64,000 nucleotides of DNA, taken from the NCBI GenBank assembly GCA_951406725.2, contig OX597820.1, positions 24,614,001 through 24,678,000 of the forward strand, given 5' to 3'. A program made the translations under genes and the position numbers. The notes below the pieces were generated by a model that worked only from the letters and a program-made list of their open reading frames with translations, did not search any database and had not been told where the DNA came from. Below, piece by piece: positions 51,152 through 64,000 of this stretch; position 1 is the first letter of the stretch, and every line of letters starts with the position of its first letter. Source of the stretch: Octopus vulgaris. Its lineage: Eukaryota.

Positions 51152-51440
51152 AGGCACACTAGCCCGGTGGTTAGGGCAGCGGACTCGCGGTCGTAGATTC
51201 GCAGTTTCGATTCCCAGATCGGGCGTTCTGAGTGTTTATTGAGCAAAAACACCTAAAGCTCCACGAAGCTCCGGCAGGGGATGGTGGCAATCCCTGCTGT
51301 ACTCTTTCGCCACAACTTTCTCTCACTCTTTCTTCTGTTGGCCTGCTCGCTTAGCCAGCGGAGTGGCGTCATTTAAAGCGCATTGTGACCAGCGATGTGT
51401 AGCAACATCTGATAGCCTGGTCGGTCACGGTGATCACGGT
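51150..51440 (+). mobile_element. SINE family A
   Basis: Matches 22997-23291. Confidence 0.85.
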
Positions 51441-51480
51441 GATATATATATATACATACGCACATATATGTATGCATATA

Positions 51481-51522
<42 letters not shown>

Positions 51523-51662
51523 CACTTATGTTTGTATATATATGTGTGTATATATATATATATTGGAATATTTGTATGCCTGTGTATGCGCGTATACACA
51601 CACATATTTATACATATGTATACATATGAATACATATGTATATATATGTACATATATGTATA

Positions 51663-51694
<32 letters not shown>

Positions 51695-51699
51695 ATAAA

Positions 51700-51936
51700 T
51701 GCGCCCTTTTAAAGCCTAGTCAGGCTCATGGGCCCGGTTTCTATGGCATATGTGTTCATCGGCTGGACAGAACGCTAGTCCATCGCAGCATTACTCATTT
51801 TTGCCAGCGGAGTGGACTGGAGCAACGTGAACTGAAGTGTTTTGCTCAAGAACACAAAGCGTCGCCCGGTCCAGGAATCGAAACCACAATCTTACAATCA
51901 TGGTGCTGACACCCTAGCCACTAAGCCACGCGCCTC

Positions 51937-51937
<1 letters not shown>
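51700..51937 (-). mobile_element. SINE with family E-type head/CORE-like segment and family A-type tail
   Basis: Tail caggctcatgggcccggtttct shared with 1144-1165; body shared with 13500-13630. Confidence 0.7.
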
Positions 51938-52014
<77 letters not shown>

Positions 52015-52018
52015 CATT

Positions 52019-52052
<34 letters not shown>

Positions 52053-52774
52053 CGTATGTATATATGTATATATGTACGTATATGCATACACAAGTATGTC
52101 TGTCTATGTATGTATGCACATATACATACATATGGATACACGTGTGCATCTAAGTGTGTATATGTGTATAGAGCTTAAGAAAAAGAAAGAGGAGAATAGG
52201 AAAATAATGCAATGAAAATTTCTATTGTTGTTTTTCTTGTTTTATGGGCTTTTTTTTTTTCGTCATCGTATCTACCACCACCGTGGACTGCTTTACAAAT
52301 CAATCGTAAGAAAGAATAAGCCTTGTTACGAATTCAAAAAATGAAATCTTTACACATGAGGTGTTGAGTTTGGTTCTAACAACAGTAGACTTGTGTGCTT
52401 CCTCCGTTAAGTGTTCACATGTCATAACAACAATGTAATACAATGTACAGGAAAAAAATGCAATCCCAACATTGTGTATCTGTTCTTGTAAATCCGTGTA
52501 TAAATCACGACCCTTATCTTTCTCTCTCTTTGTATCTATCTATCCAGCCATCTATCTATCTATTTATCTATCTATCTATCTGTCTGTCTGTCTATCTATC
52601 TATCTATTTATCTGTCATCTATAAGATTTTGTGTTGTATATACATGCATATACACATGCATACATACATACATACATACATACAAACATACATACATACA
52701 TACATATATACATACATACATACATACATACATACATACATACATACATACATACATACATACATGCATATATA

Positions 52775-53066
52775 TTCACGTTTCCAGAGTATTTCAACCC
52801 CATCGTCAGGATATGATGAGGTGTTGGCTTTTGTATTATACACAAGCCTAAAATAAACATATAGACTATAGATAAATGTCAACCAGAAGATAAGAACGTC
52901 ACTGATGGCCTGTAATACTGAGAGCCAAATTACTTGCCTGGTGACATCGAATTCTGACGCTTGAAAGTGACGGTAAAATTCGCATGAATAGAAGGTCCAT
53001 TATATAATTAACAATACAGTTGCCAACCACTTCGTATCCTAATGATGATGATCTCGAAACGTCGAT
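52775..53066. mobile_element. Decayed insert with two divergently oriented degenerate hammerhead motifs
   Basis: Minus 52812-52775 atc-CTGACGA-tggggt tgaaat actctg-GAAA-cg-TG; plus 53036-53066 atc-CTAATGA-tgatgatctc-GAAA-cg-TC-gat. Confidence 0.5.
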
Positions 53067-53227
53067 GATGGACAGAGATGCTCTGAGAACTTCGATAAAG
53101 ATTATCCGAGAAACATTTTTGTTCTTAACACACAGAAGATTTTGATGCAGAAAGAAGATTAAACTGCAGCATAAATATGCTTTTAAGATAACGCCGAAAG
53201 AAAATATATATAGATACATGCTTATAA

Positions 53228-53270
<43 letters not shown>

Positions 53271-53360
53271 ACATGCATATATATGTGTATATATATATAT
53301 ATCTTTTCTCATCTGTACACTCAAACCAACGTGTGTATTATAATACATACACATCTGTAT

Positions 53361-53402
<42 letters not shown>

Positions 53403-54029
53403 ATGCATACATATATGTACACGCGCATGCCCTCTCAATACCACCACCACCACCACCACCACCACCACCACCACCAAACACACAAACACATACATATGCA
53501 TATATTTTTTTTCATTCCTTTTCTTTCCCATTTTTCTATCCTGTCCGTTATGGTAACGGTGGGGCACTGCAATCAATTTTAAATTTATTCATAGCATCCT
53601 CGGTCGACATATCATATGCTGAAAAGAAGAGGACATGAATAAATCGCAATGTCTATATGGATCTAAAATTTAGTCTTACTAAGACTGCTTTAGCTCTGTA
53701 AGATACATAATACTATGTAACAGATACAAACATATAAAATCCCACAAAATCAATTAGGCTAAAGAATATATATCATTTCCCAAACTGATGTATTCAGCAT
53801 GTATATTTGCCTCATTTATGAGACACTGAATTGAATTGCAAGAGATTTATATCCATACATGTTTCAATACATATATAATTTTTATGCTGATTATTTATCC
53901 TTCCCTTAGTGCTGTGTTCTCATTTTTGCAGTTCGATGCTATCATGCCGGTGTGTGTACATGCATGTGCGCGCGAGTATTATGCATGTATGTATGTGATT
54001 ATTGTGTTTGTTTGTGTGTGTGTGTATTA

Positions 54030-54469
54030 TTCTTTTATTCTTTTACTCGTTGCAGCTATTCGACTGTGGCCGTGCCAGAGCACCGGCTTGAAGGGTCTTA
54101 GTGGAACAAATCGACTTATTGTTCGAAAATATAAGGACACAGATTGTGTCGTACAGCCAACAGGAGACGATGTCTCCTGGGATTACAGCAACATTAGTCC
54201 TAAATCAGGACTGCCAGATTATGTTGGCAAACAATCCAATCTTTACTACAAGTACTGTTGCTGAATATCTCACGTGGTGAGATTTAAAAGTAGTAATTTT
54301 CTAAATCGACTTATTCTCTGAAAGCCTGGTACTCTGTGCGTCTCTTTTACCAAAACCTCTAGGTTACGGGGACATAAACACACTAACATCGGTTGTTCAA
54401 GCGGTGATGGGGGAACAAACATTGACACATACACACAACACACACAAACACACACAAACACACACACAC

Positions 54470-54531
<62 letters not shown>

Positions 54532-54705
54532 GCATATACAAACATGCAACGGACTTCTTTCAGTTTCCATCAACTAAATCCACTCACGATACTTTGGTTG
54601 GCACGTGGCTATAGTTGAAGACTCTTGCACAAGGTACCACCCAGTTGAACTGAACCCAGAACAATATGGTTTGAAAGCAAGCTTCTTACCACATGGCCAC
54701 TCCTA
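54030..54705 (-). mobile_element. SINE family B interrupted by a 182-bp insert
   Basis: Tail 54030-54120, remainder 54303-54705. Confidence 0.75.
54121..54302. mobile_element. 182-bp multi-hairpin insert with 13-bp direct-repeat flanks
   Basis: aaatcgacttatt at 54108-54120 and 54303-54315. Confidence 0.7.
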
Positions 54706-55208
54706 ATAATAAAGTGCAACCAAATAGTGATTTTTGAATTCATTTAATACGTGCATTTCATGTTTGCGTAATTTATAATAGGAAATGTATCAATTACGTA
54801 AAACTTTCCTCAGTTTAAATACTGAAGCATTTCAAAATATCAAGAAGCGAAATAGAAGGAGAGAGAGGGGGGAAGAAAGGGAGAAGACAGAAGCGACGTA
54901 TATATATAAAGTGAGACAGTGGGGAAGGGGAAGAAATGAAACTGTACAAGCATTGAAAGGAAATCGGATGGTTGTGTCTGATTGCATACAAAATCTAAAT
55001 ATAAGGATAAAGAGAAAAGAAGGTCAAGAATGTACGTATATATTAGAATATGTACATAAATATACATACATGCTTATATATACAGTATATACATGTGTGT
55101 GCGTGTGTGTGCTTGTGTATTCACAGAGGTATGACTATACTTATATCCATAATAATCAATATGCACATATGTATATACAGATGTACAAATATAAGTACTC
55201 ACACATAC

Positions 55209-55261
<53 letters not shown>

Positions 55262-55394
55262 TAGGTGAATGAATTATCTTAGTATGGATAATTCGGTTAA
55301 CCGATACCCGGGTAGCAAATTCACGTCAGAAAACACGGTTGAAGCTACATGCCAAGGGCAGAAATCACATGTTCTCGTGTGGAAATTCCATTTA

Positions 55395-55441
<47 letters not shown>

Positions 55442-55447
55442 ATTATG

Positions 55448-55515
<68 letters not shown>

Positions 55516-55561
55516 TGTATGTATGTATGTATGTATGTATGTATGTATGTATGTATGTATA

Positions 55562-55605
<44 letters not shown>

Positions 55606-55608
<3 letters not shown>

Positions 55609-55938
55609 CGCAGGACTGGTTGCAGGGTAAGACGCTTGCTTCCCAACCAGATGGTTCTGGTTTCAGTCCTACAGCGTGACATCTTGGACAAGTGTCTTCT
55701 ACTTCTACTATAGCCTCAGACCTAGCGAAGCCTTGTGAGTATATTTGGTACACAGAAACTGAAAGAAGACCGTCGTATATATATATGATTGTATGTCTGT
55801 GTTTGTTCCCACCCCTCCATCGCCTAACAACTGATGTTGGTCCATTTACTAGGCTTACAAAGAATAAGTATTGGGATCGATTTGTTCGACTAAAACCGGT
55901 ACTCCAGCATGGCCACAGTCAAATGAGTGAAACAAGTA
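55606..55938 (+). mobile_element. SINE family B (internally deleted)
   Basis: Matches the family B head and tail. Confidence 0.8.
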
Positions 55939-56320
55939 ATAGTTGATATGTATGTGCTCTTGTTTGTTTGTTTATCTTTGTGTGCGTGTGCGCGCGCGCG
56001 CGCGCGTGTGTGTGTGTGCGTGCGTGTGTGGGTGGGAAATCATAACGACTCAATTTAGGAAAATAGCGAAATATGTTATGTCTGAGGTTCCATACATAAG
56101 TTAATCTGATATTGTCGTAGTGAGACAGTTAAGAAGCTCAAGAGTGGCAAAATATAAAACATATTTAAAACTGAAAATAACAAATAGATACCAGTCGTCC
56201 CTAATATTGAAAATTAACCAAAATGGGGCAGACGTTAGCGTTTTCTTTTATTTCCCAGAGCGCTCTGTTCATCTGTTTATACTACGTTATCTTCGATAGT
56301 TGTTTTCCTAATATAAATCA

Positions 56321-56717
56321 CTAGCAGTATTGCCCGGCGTTGCTCGGGTTTGTAAGGGAAATAACTATATAAGCATTTTTAGAGAGTTATAGCCAAAAAA
56401 ATAGAAAAAAAATGCATTAAAAATGGAAAAAAAATTATGGTAAATTTTTTTTTAATCGTTGACTCATCGTAGACATTTTTAGAGAGTTACTTCCCTTATA
56501 TAATAGCGAAAAAATGCATTAAAATGAAAAAAATGATGGTAATTTTTTTTTTTAATCGTAGACTCATCGTAGACGCGCGCTAATACCCAGAAGGGCTCGA
56601 TATAAATCACGACTATAAGACACCCGGTTTTGGTTAAACTGCACCGCAAAATGTGGGAGTAGTTAGGAATCTAAATCGTAGGAGACAGACACACAACTTC
56701 ACTTTTATATATAAAGA
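56321..56717 (-). mobile_element. Non-autonomous Helitron with internal ~100-bp tandem duplication
   Basis: Minus strand a|TCtttatatataaaag...cccgagcaacgccgggcaatactgCTAG|t. Confidence 0.88.
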
Positions 56718-56944
56718 TATAACTATAACGTAATTCATCAATGTGACCATTTTGAAAACCAACACTGAATACTTTATGTAGTTCTGGTTTAAGGCCAACA
56801 TATATATATATATGCAATCATACATATATATACATATATATGTATATGCGTGTGTATGTGTGTGTGTCTGTGTGTCTTTGTGTGAGTGTGTATATATATA
56901 TATATATATATATTTCGTTTTTGGATTTGGTTTGCAAGGCTCTT

Positions 56945-57142
56945 TATATGAGTTCGTGTGTTGAAGCATATTCTCTTGTGCCTGGGGAGAGTCATTTTCT
57001 ATTTGTACCTTATAATGTAACACACTCACCGGTAAAATTTTCACTTATTTCTTATTTTTATTTTCCTAAAATTTTCGTTGCGTCTTGCAACATTTCCAGT
57101 AGTCAAGACTATTGAAAATGTGGCAAGACGCATCGAAAATTT
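56945..57142. mobile_element. PLE-type remnant ending in a 36-bp fold-back over a hammerhead-like motif
   Basis: Imperfect palindrome 57069-57142 centred on agtc-aa-gact; homologous to 35410-35600. Confidence 0.65.
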
Positions 57143-57508
57143 CTTTACTTTATTCCTCTCTTCCTGTTTTTCTTTTTCTTTTTTCTTCTTTTTTTCCTCT
57201 TTTCTTTATTCCTTTCTCACTGTTTTCCTCTCTTACCCTCTTCCTGTTTTCGATTCGACTTTACAAATACATTCCCTACTTTTAGGTCACTTTAAATAAA
57301 ACCCTGTGTACAAACTCTATACTTAGAATACACAAATTTTAAATAATATTGGAATTTACTCACAAGGTATTGGAATCATATATGTATACCAATCTGCCTA
57401 AATAATGGATCTACAAATGCATATCTCAGATCTATTTTCATTCCTCCACTTCACTCTCTATTTCGTATCTTATCTAAATTAAATATTCCTTAACCATTTT
57501 TTCCCACC

Positions 57509-57556
57509 GTCTCTGATGTAGGGATATAATAAATATCAAGGAAACAGCTGTAAGGC
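57509..57556 (+). ncRNA. Degenerate type I hammerhead motif
   Basis: gtct-CTGATGT-agggatat aata aatatcaag-GAAA-cagctg-TA-aggc; palindromic stem III, GUA triplet; A9 mutated. Confidence 0.55.
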
Positions 57557-57763
57557 CTTCTATTTATAAATGTTCTAAGATTTTCACAGCGTTGGTTATT
57601 TATCTCATTCTGAAAAAAAAAATTTATTTATACACACGCTGACCTATGTTGGACTCCTTATTTGCAGAATCACCGAACCTGGAGCTTAACTATGGTCTAA
57701 CCAAAGCACTTTCACATCATTACCTGACACCTTTGGGTCTTATTGACACTATTACATCTCATA

Positions 57764-57810
<47 letters not shown>

Positions 57811-60419
57811 TGTTTGCAGTTGTTTGTGTATATATGTATATATGCGTATATACATACATATACACATACACGCGCGCGCGCGCACATATTTATATATAAA
57901 TAATCGTAAACAAAGCCAGCTCGCACTCGCGAGTATGTCTGTGTGTCTTTCTGCCTGTCTGTATGTATATTTGTATGTATGTAAGCATGTATGTTATGTA
58001 GGGTGAGGTGTCATGTGTGCTAGTATGATTTCCGCACAAAAATAGACCCTAGATAGTTGCAAATGTCAGAGAACACTCTGAAACCGCAAAAGGAAAGAAA
58101 ATAGCATCACTGACTGTCTGGGCACTTAAGTTTCATGGGTAGGGTAGTGCAAATTGAATATGTCTTTGTTATATGTTCCTCTATATTTCTTTCAAGTCAC
58201 AGATATAAATCTTTCCTGTTCCAATGATAGTTGATATTATATCGATTTTTGTTCCTTGTAAAGTAACTGACATCAGTCTGTTTCGTTTTTTTCTTTGAAA
58301 TATATATAGACAGACCCACCCACAGTACATGTGCGCGCTTGTATATTTATATGCATATTTTTTGTATGTATATAAATATATGTCTGTGAATATGTGTGTA
58401 CATCTCTATACATGTACTTGTACATAGATAAATACATTCACAACAGCTAGAATACACATAAGTACATGCACGGACGCACATACACTCACACACACTCACA
58501 CATACAAACGCACACACACACTCACCACACACACACACAATTAGAGAGTCTTAGAGAGAAATATATATATACATATGTGTGTGTGTGTATGTATAGATAG
58601 ATAGATAGATTGATAGATAGATAGAAAGAAAGATAGATATAGGTGTAATTGTATACAAAAATACATAGCTGCAATTTTGCGTGCATATATAATTGTGCAT
58701 ATGTAGGCATTCATGTATATTTTAACACGTATGTGTCTATATATGTGTATGCATATACGTGTGTGTATCGGCATATCGTCCTACAATTGCTTAGTCAATA
58801 GACTAACAGACGTTATTGACTAAGATTTTTGCTTTACTATGTCCCGTCCCACCGCTGTCTCCCGTATTTTATATTTAAACATTGAAATCTAAAAGGTAAA
58901 GCTGTGTGTGTATGTGTGTTTGTGTGTGTGTGTGTGTGTGTGCGTCTTTTTTTTTTAGCTGTTATACTTTTGGTTTGGTTTTGTGTTTTATTTTCTTTCA
59001 ATGAATTACTATTGATTTCAAAATATAGAGTATTCTTCATATGCTTGGATGCTAAAAGAAGAGTAAAAATAGTAGTGTTGGTGGTGGTGGTGTTGTTGGT
59101 GGTGGTGGTGGTGTGGGTGGCGATGGTGGTAATGATTATGGTGGTGGTGTAACACTGTAATGTAAAGATTTGGTACTAGATGGCGCTGATGAAATGATAG
59201 AAAATGGCTTTCTATGATTGCTAACTGAAATTTGAGAGATTATTATTCTTATAAACTCTGCATACACATGGCTGTGTAGTTAAGAAATTGGCTTCACAAC
59301 CATGTGATCTCGGCTTCGCCCACTCTGTCCGCCATCTTAAATAAGGGTCAAATTCTCTGGCCTTGGTTTATACAATGAATTTTGACTGAAATTTTCTGAA
59401 CCAAAACTATTCTTTAACCACCTTATACACACACACACGCACATATATATATATATATATATATATAGTCTGCCTGCTGTGTTTATATTAGCATATAACT
59501 ATAAAACAAATAAAATATGTGTATGTACATATCTATGCGTGTGTGTGTTGTTATCTTACACATTTTGTGTAAATTAGCTGTTCGAGAAATATCTATCGAT
59601 AAAATATGGTCCACTCAGAAATAATTAGATAAAGGATAATGTGTGTGAATGGAAAGAAAAATGACGAGAAATTATAAATGTTACAAAATTTAACGCCCAA
59701 AAGGATGCTTAGATGATACGAAATTAGAAAGATCCTGGTACGACTGATGTTCAGAAATTCTTGTATAAAAATCTCACAAGTATGCACTGATGCATACATT
59801 CGTTTCTTACCGACTGTATAGAAAAGGCAGCACCATCATGGCTGACAAAAGGAAATGCAGATCCAATACACAACGACAGAGAAAACAGGAGGGAAAGTCA
59901 AGAACATTAGACCTATTACTTGTTTATTATATAACCACTGCCGGCGCTAGGAAGTGCGGGGCCCATTTAGAGAATTGCTAGTGAGGTCCTATACTCTACA
60001 AAAGCTGAAGATCGATGTATTATGATTCGCGTAGTACACCAGTCTCAGCCAAAAGGCGTCGAGAGTTTGAGGATTCACCATTAGCCACAATGATATACTA
60101 AACTTTCATCAAAGCGTCCTCGCTCGAGCATGTGCGCGGAGCCCTCCCTCGACGTAAATCTCAATTTCAACAAATCTGTCTAATTGGCAAAGAACCGACC
60201 CTGCATATAACATGCTTATAAATGTAGACGATAAAGAGATGTTATATCATATCGAACTGAATCTCGGGAGTGAATATCACCGAGAAAAGCATCGAAGTAT
60301 GAAAGACAAAAATGGCCATTACACAAGTTCGCAGAAGTTTTGTAAGTCGTAGAGTAGTGGATTTCGAAGAATTTGACAGTTAAATACCACAGGTCGAGAG
60401 ATTACGTTGATGCTTCCCC

Positions 60420-60485
<66 letters not shown>

Positions 60486-60783
60486 TTTGTTGATTAACCC
60501 TTGGTCAATAGCTATAATAGAGTAGTATAATCTATGAAGAAGTTAGATTAATTAGAGTGAGATTCGCTGGTTGCATGCGAAATTCGTGAAATTACGAAAG
60601 TCGTGTATATTATTCAATGTGCCTGTTGCTTTTTTTTTAAACCACAAAGATTTGATCTGGCGGGGTTTTAGCTGTTTTTGCCCATATATTGAGCATGAAA
60701 GCTCATTGGCTAATTTTCTATTCACCGATATAACGATCTATACATACATGCGTGTATGTGTACATATATAGAAATCTGTACAT

Positions 60784-60975
60784 AGGCGTAGGAGTGGTTG
60801 TGTGGTAAGGAGCTTCTTTACCAACCACATGGTTCCGGGTTCAGTCCCACTGCGTGGCACCTTGGACAGGTGTCTTCTACTATAGCCTCGGACCGACCAA
60901 AGCCTTGTGAGTGGATTTGGTAGATGGAAACTGAAAGAAACACGTCGTATATATATGTACACACACACACACACG

Positions 60976-61028
<53 letters not shown>

Positions 61029-61257
61029 ATGTATGTGTGTTTATGTGTTTGTGTGTCAGTGTTTGTCCCCCCAACATCGCTTGACAACCGATGCTGGTGT
61101 GTTTACGTTCCCGTAAGTTAGCGGTTCGGCAAAAGAGAACGATAGAATAAGTACTAGGCTTACAAAGAATAAATCCTGGGGTCGATTACTCGACTAAAGG
61201 CGGTGCTCCAGCATGGCCACAGTCACATGACTAAAACAAGTGAAAGAGTAAAAGAGT
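60784..61257 (+). mobile_element. SINE family B, full length
   Basis: Best-preserved copy in the window. Confidence 0.9.
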
Positions 61258-61776
61258 ATATATATAAGTCTGTACCAAAGACGTCAAATGAGTTTTAGCA
61301 CCTACTTGTATTTGATGATTACCTCGAGCAATAAATATTTCAGTCACCAATTTACATCTAAAATATTATTACATAAGATTTAGTATTCTATATTGCATTC
61401 ACGACATCAAGTCCTTCCAAACCTAGTGTGATATAAAGTTACATTGCATAACAGGCGCTGGCGTATCAGTTTACTGAGCCAATAAAGGATCTGCTACGAG
61501 GTCGATAACTCTGCAAGAAATAACTGTTAATCATCTGAAATCACATCCCAGAATATTTTTTTTCAATTTAACGAAAATCGGATAATTTAATATTATATAG
61601 ATTATCCTCGAAAGTTCGCAGTAGCAATGATTTTTTGCCATAAGCCTGCTCAGTCAAAGTAAAGCGACGGCAAAACACCAACATACTTTGAAAAAGAAAG
61701 TCGACCACGGTCGGAAGAAATGCCACTAAGCATTTTGCCCGACTTGCTAATGATGCTGCCGATGAGGGTGATGATG

Positions 61777-61808
<32 letters not shown>

Positions 61809-61845
61809 GATGATGATGATGATCATAATCATAATAATGATATTA

Positions 61846-62225
61846 ATAGAGTTTGTTAGTAGCTGCATAAGATCAAGCACTAAGGACTAATTGGATAAAA
61901 GCCAAGATAGACAAAAATCAAGTAGATTCCCACTTACTATGTGAGTGTTACTCACATAGTAAGTGAATGTAGAATGCTGGCACAGAAAGAATACAAGACA
62001 AAGCATGACAATCTAGGGAAAGTAATCCACTGGGAGTTATGGAGAAAGCTAGGATTTGAACATACTGATAAATGGTATTAACACGAAGTTAGTAAAATAC
62101 TAGAAAGTAAAAAATATATGATGTTGGGCAACTTCTACATTTAGACTGACAGAGTAATAGAAGTTAGACAGTCTGATTTGGTAGTAGTAGATAACGAGAA
62201 TAGAAAGTGCCAGATAATAAACTTT
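61846..62225 (+). pseudogene. R4/Dong-like retrotransposon fragment (zinc knuckle to REL endonuclease)
   Basis: LLVAA*DQALRTNWIKAKIDK...THIVSECRMLAQKEYKTKHD..GKVIHWEL...TDRVIEVRQSDLVVVD. Confidence 0.82.
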
Positions 62226-62237
62226 ACGGAAATAGGT

Positions 62238-63412
62238 GTCAGATGAACTGAGGACGGGATTTGAGGCCATGTGGCGCAAAGGAGCGAAGAGAGAAGATTA
62301 ATACCTGCTCATGGCGAATGTGGGAGTCCGGATGGCCCATCTACAAAGACAATCAGAACACGACAGGTTTTGTAGTGAATGACTGGTGGAGTGGAAATGG
62401 CTCGAGACCGGAGTGTCATTGCCTAGTCTGATGTCTCGAAGGTGCTTCGCGAACCGGTCAGCCAAGAAACATCCTGTTTGACCGATGTATAAAGAAGGGC
62501 AGAAAGAGCGGGAGATGTAGTAAATGACGTTGCTAGAAGTGCAGGTAAAGGAGTCGATGCTATGATAGGGGCTATAGTGGGTACTTGTGAGGATGGTGGT
62601 GTTGGAGAGGTAGTGGAAAGTACAGCAGCATGTGTGGGATCGAGGGAACGAGCCAGGTTGGGAGGTGGGGCTAGAGAAGAGACTGTTGACCAAGAGCTCA
62701 TGCAGGTTGTAGGCTCGTTTGAAGTAGGGAATGTGTAGGTTGCGGAAAACGTGCGAGGTGAAGCTGTTGAACTGGAGCCACCGGAACGCTCGGAGAATGG
62801 TGCGTTGGAGGGGCAGGATGGTGGGGTGGTAAGTGAAGGGAAACTGGAGACGGGCAACGGCGGGGTGGGTAGGGAGAGAGAGATCAGAGGCAGGGTCCGC
62901 GGAAGTGCTCTATCAAGGGCTGTGTGGATTGTGCTGAGAAGCGAGAAGATATCCACGAAGGATGAAGTGGCGGGCCATGAGTTGAGATTGAGTCATGGTT
63001 CTCACTGCAGAGCCTACGCAGACTGAGGAAATGGGAGTAGGGGATGCATAGTTGGTGTGGGTAGGATGGGAGGAGGAGAAGTTAAGGAATGAGTATGAGT
63101 CGGTGTGTTTGTAGTGGATGGAGGTAGTGAGAGTGAAGTGGTGTATGTTGATCGAAATGTCAAGAAATGCGACGGATGTGATGGAAATAGTGCAGGAGAA
63201 TTAGGAGGCATGATGGAAAGATTGGACAAAAGAGAGGAAGGAGTCTAGCTGTTCGCGGGAGAGCGATTTCGCACCAATGCAGTCATCAATATAACGACCT
63301 ATAGTTCAGGATTGGGACCAGTGAATCGTGAGAATATTTAGGCCTCAACGTGGCCAACGAACAAGTTCGCATAGTTAGGGACCATTCTCGTTCCCATGTC
63401 CACTCCTAAGAG
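62238..63412 (-). pseudogene. Penelope-like element: RT C-terminal half + GIY-YIG endonuclease
   Basis: [46 protein letters not shown], then FTCTSSNVIYYI...LYIGQTG..LADRFAKHLRDI..PVSSHF; stops and frameshifts; 5' end abuts (TA)n. Confidence 0.92.
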
Positions 63413-63448
63413 TTATTGATATATATATATATATATATGTATATAGAC

Positions 63449-63517
<69 letters not shown>

Positions 63518-63519
<2 letters not shown>

Positions 63520-63687
63520 TCTTTATTACCCACAAAGGGCTAAACATAGAGGGGACAAACAAGGACAGACAAACGGATTAAGTCGATTATATCGACCCCA
63601 GTGCGTAACTGGTACTTAATTTATCGACCCCGAAAAGATGAAAGGCAAAGTCGGCCATAGCGGAATTTGAACTCAGAACGTAACGGC

Positions 63688-63690
<3 letters not shown>
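63518..63690 (-). mobile_element. 5'-truncated SINE family C with Tx1-type tail, in (TA)n
   Basis: (TA)n on both flanks; tail matches 43035-43076. Confidence 0.85.
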
Positions 63691-63731
<41 letters not shown>

Positions 63732-64000
63732 CATATATATATACACACATATATGCATAAATCTATCTATCTACCTATCTCCCTATCTATTATCTATAAA
63801 TCTATCTATCTATCTATATATATATATACATATATATGTATATATGTATGCACTTATATATATATATATATACGCATATATATATACATACATATATGTA
63901 TATATATATACGTATATATATATATATATATTCGCATATGTAAATATATATGCGTGCTTTTACAATTTTATTCATTATACGTTTACATACATGCATACAT

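Overview
AT-rich eukaryotic DNA saturated with microsatellites. The interspersed repeat families look like those of octopus (inference from tRNA-derived SINE families I recognise; no database check was possible). Almost all ORF-track entries are microsatellite translations. Only one host coding exon is supportable: 27926-28339 (+), a signal peptide plus the start of a Venus-flytrap/ATD-like ectodomain that resembles NMDA/ionotropic glutamate receptor subunits. It is followed by >35 kb of apparent intron. The rest is mobile DNA: SINEs, Tx1/L1-like, R4/Dong-like and RTE LINE fragments, mariner/Tc1 remnants, Helitrons, MITEs and two decayed Penelope-like (PLE) RT fragments. The main unexplained signal is a set of short non-coding fold-back inserts that mostly sit inside (TA)n tracts and carry type I hammerhead ribozyme motifs. 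There are about a dozen motifs from several unrelated sequence families, including compensatory G3-C8 and U3-A8 core variants. The best example (33786-35134) is two head-to-head, differently circularly permuted copies of a ~567-nt monomer, each with an intact hammerhead. This is the footprint expected of a retrozyme-like circular or multimeric RNA copied by PLE machinery into microsatellites. A tRNA-headed SINE with a hammerhead-bearing tail and a SINE sharing its 3' end with a microsatellite-inserted Tx1-like LINE are also visible.
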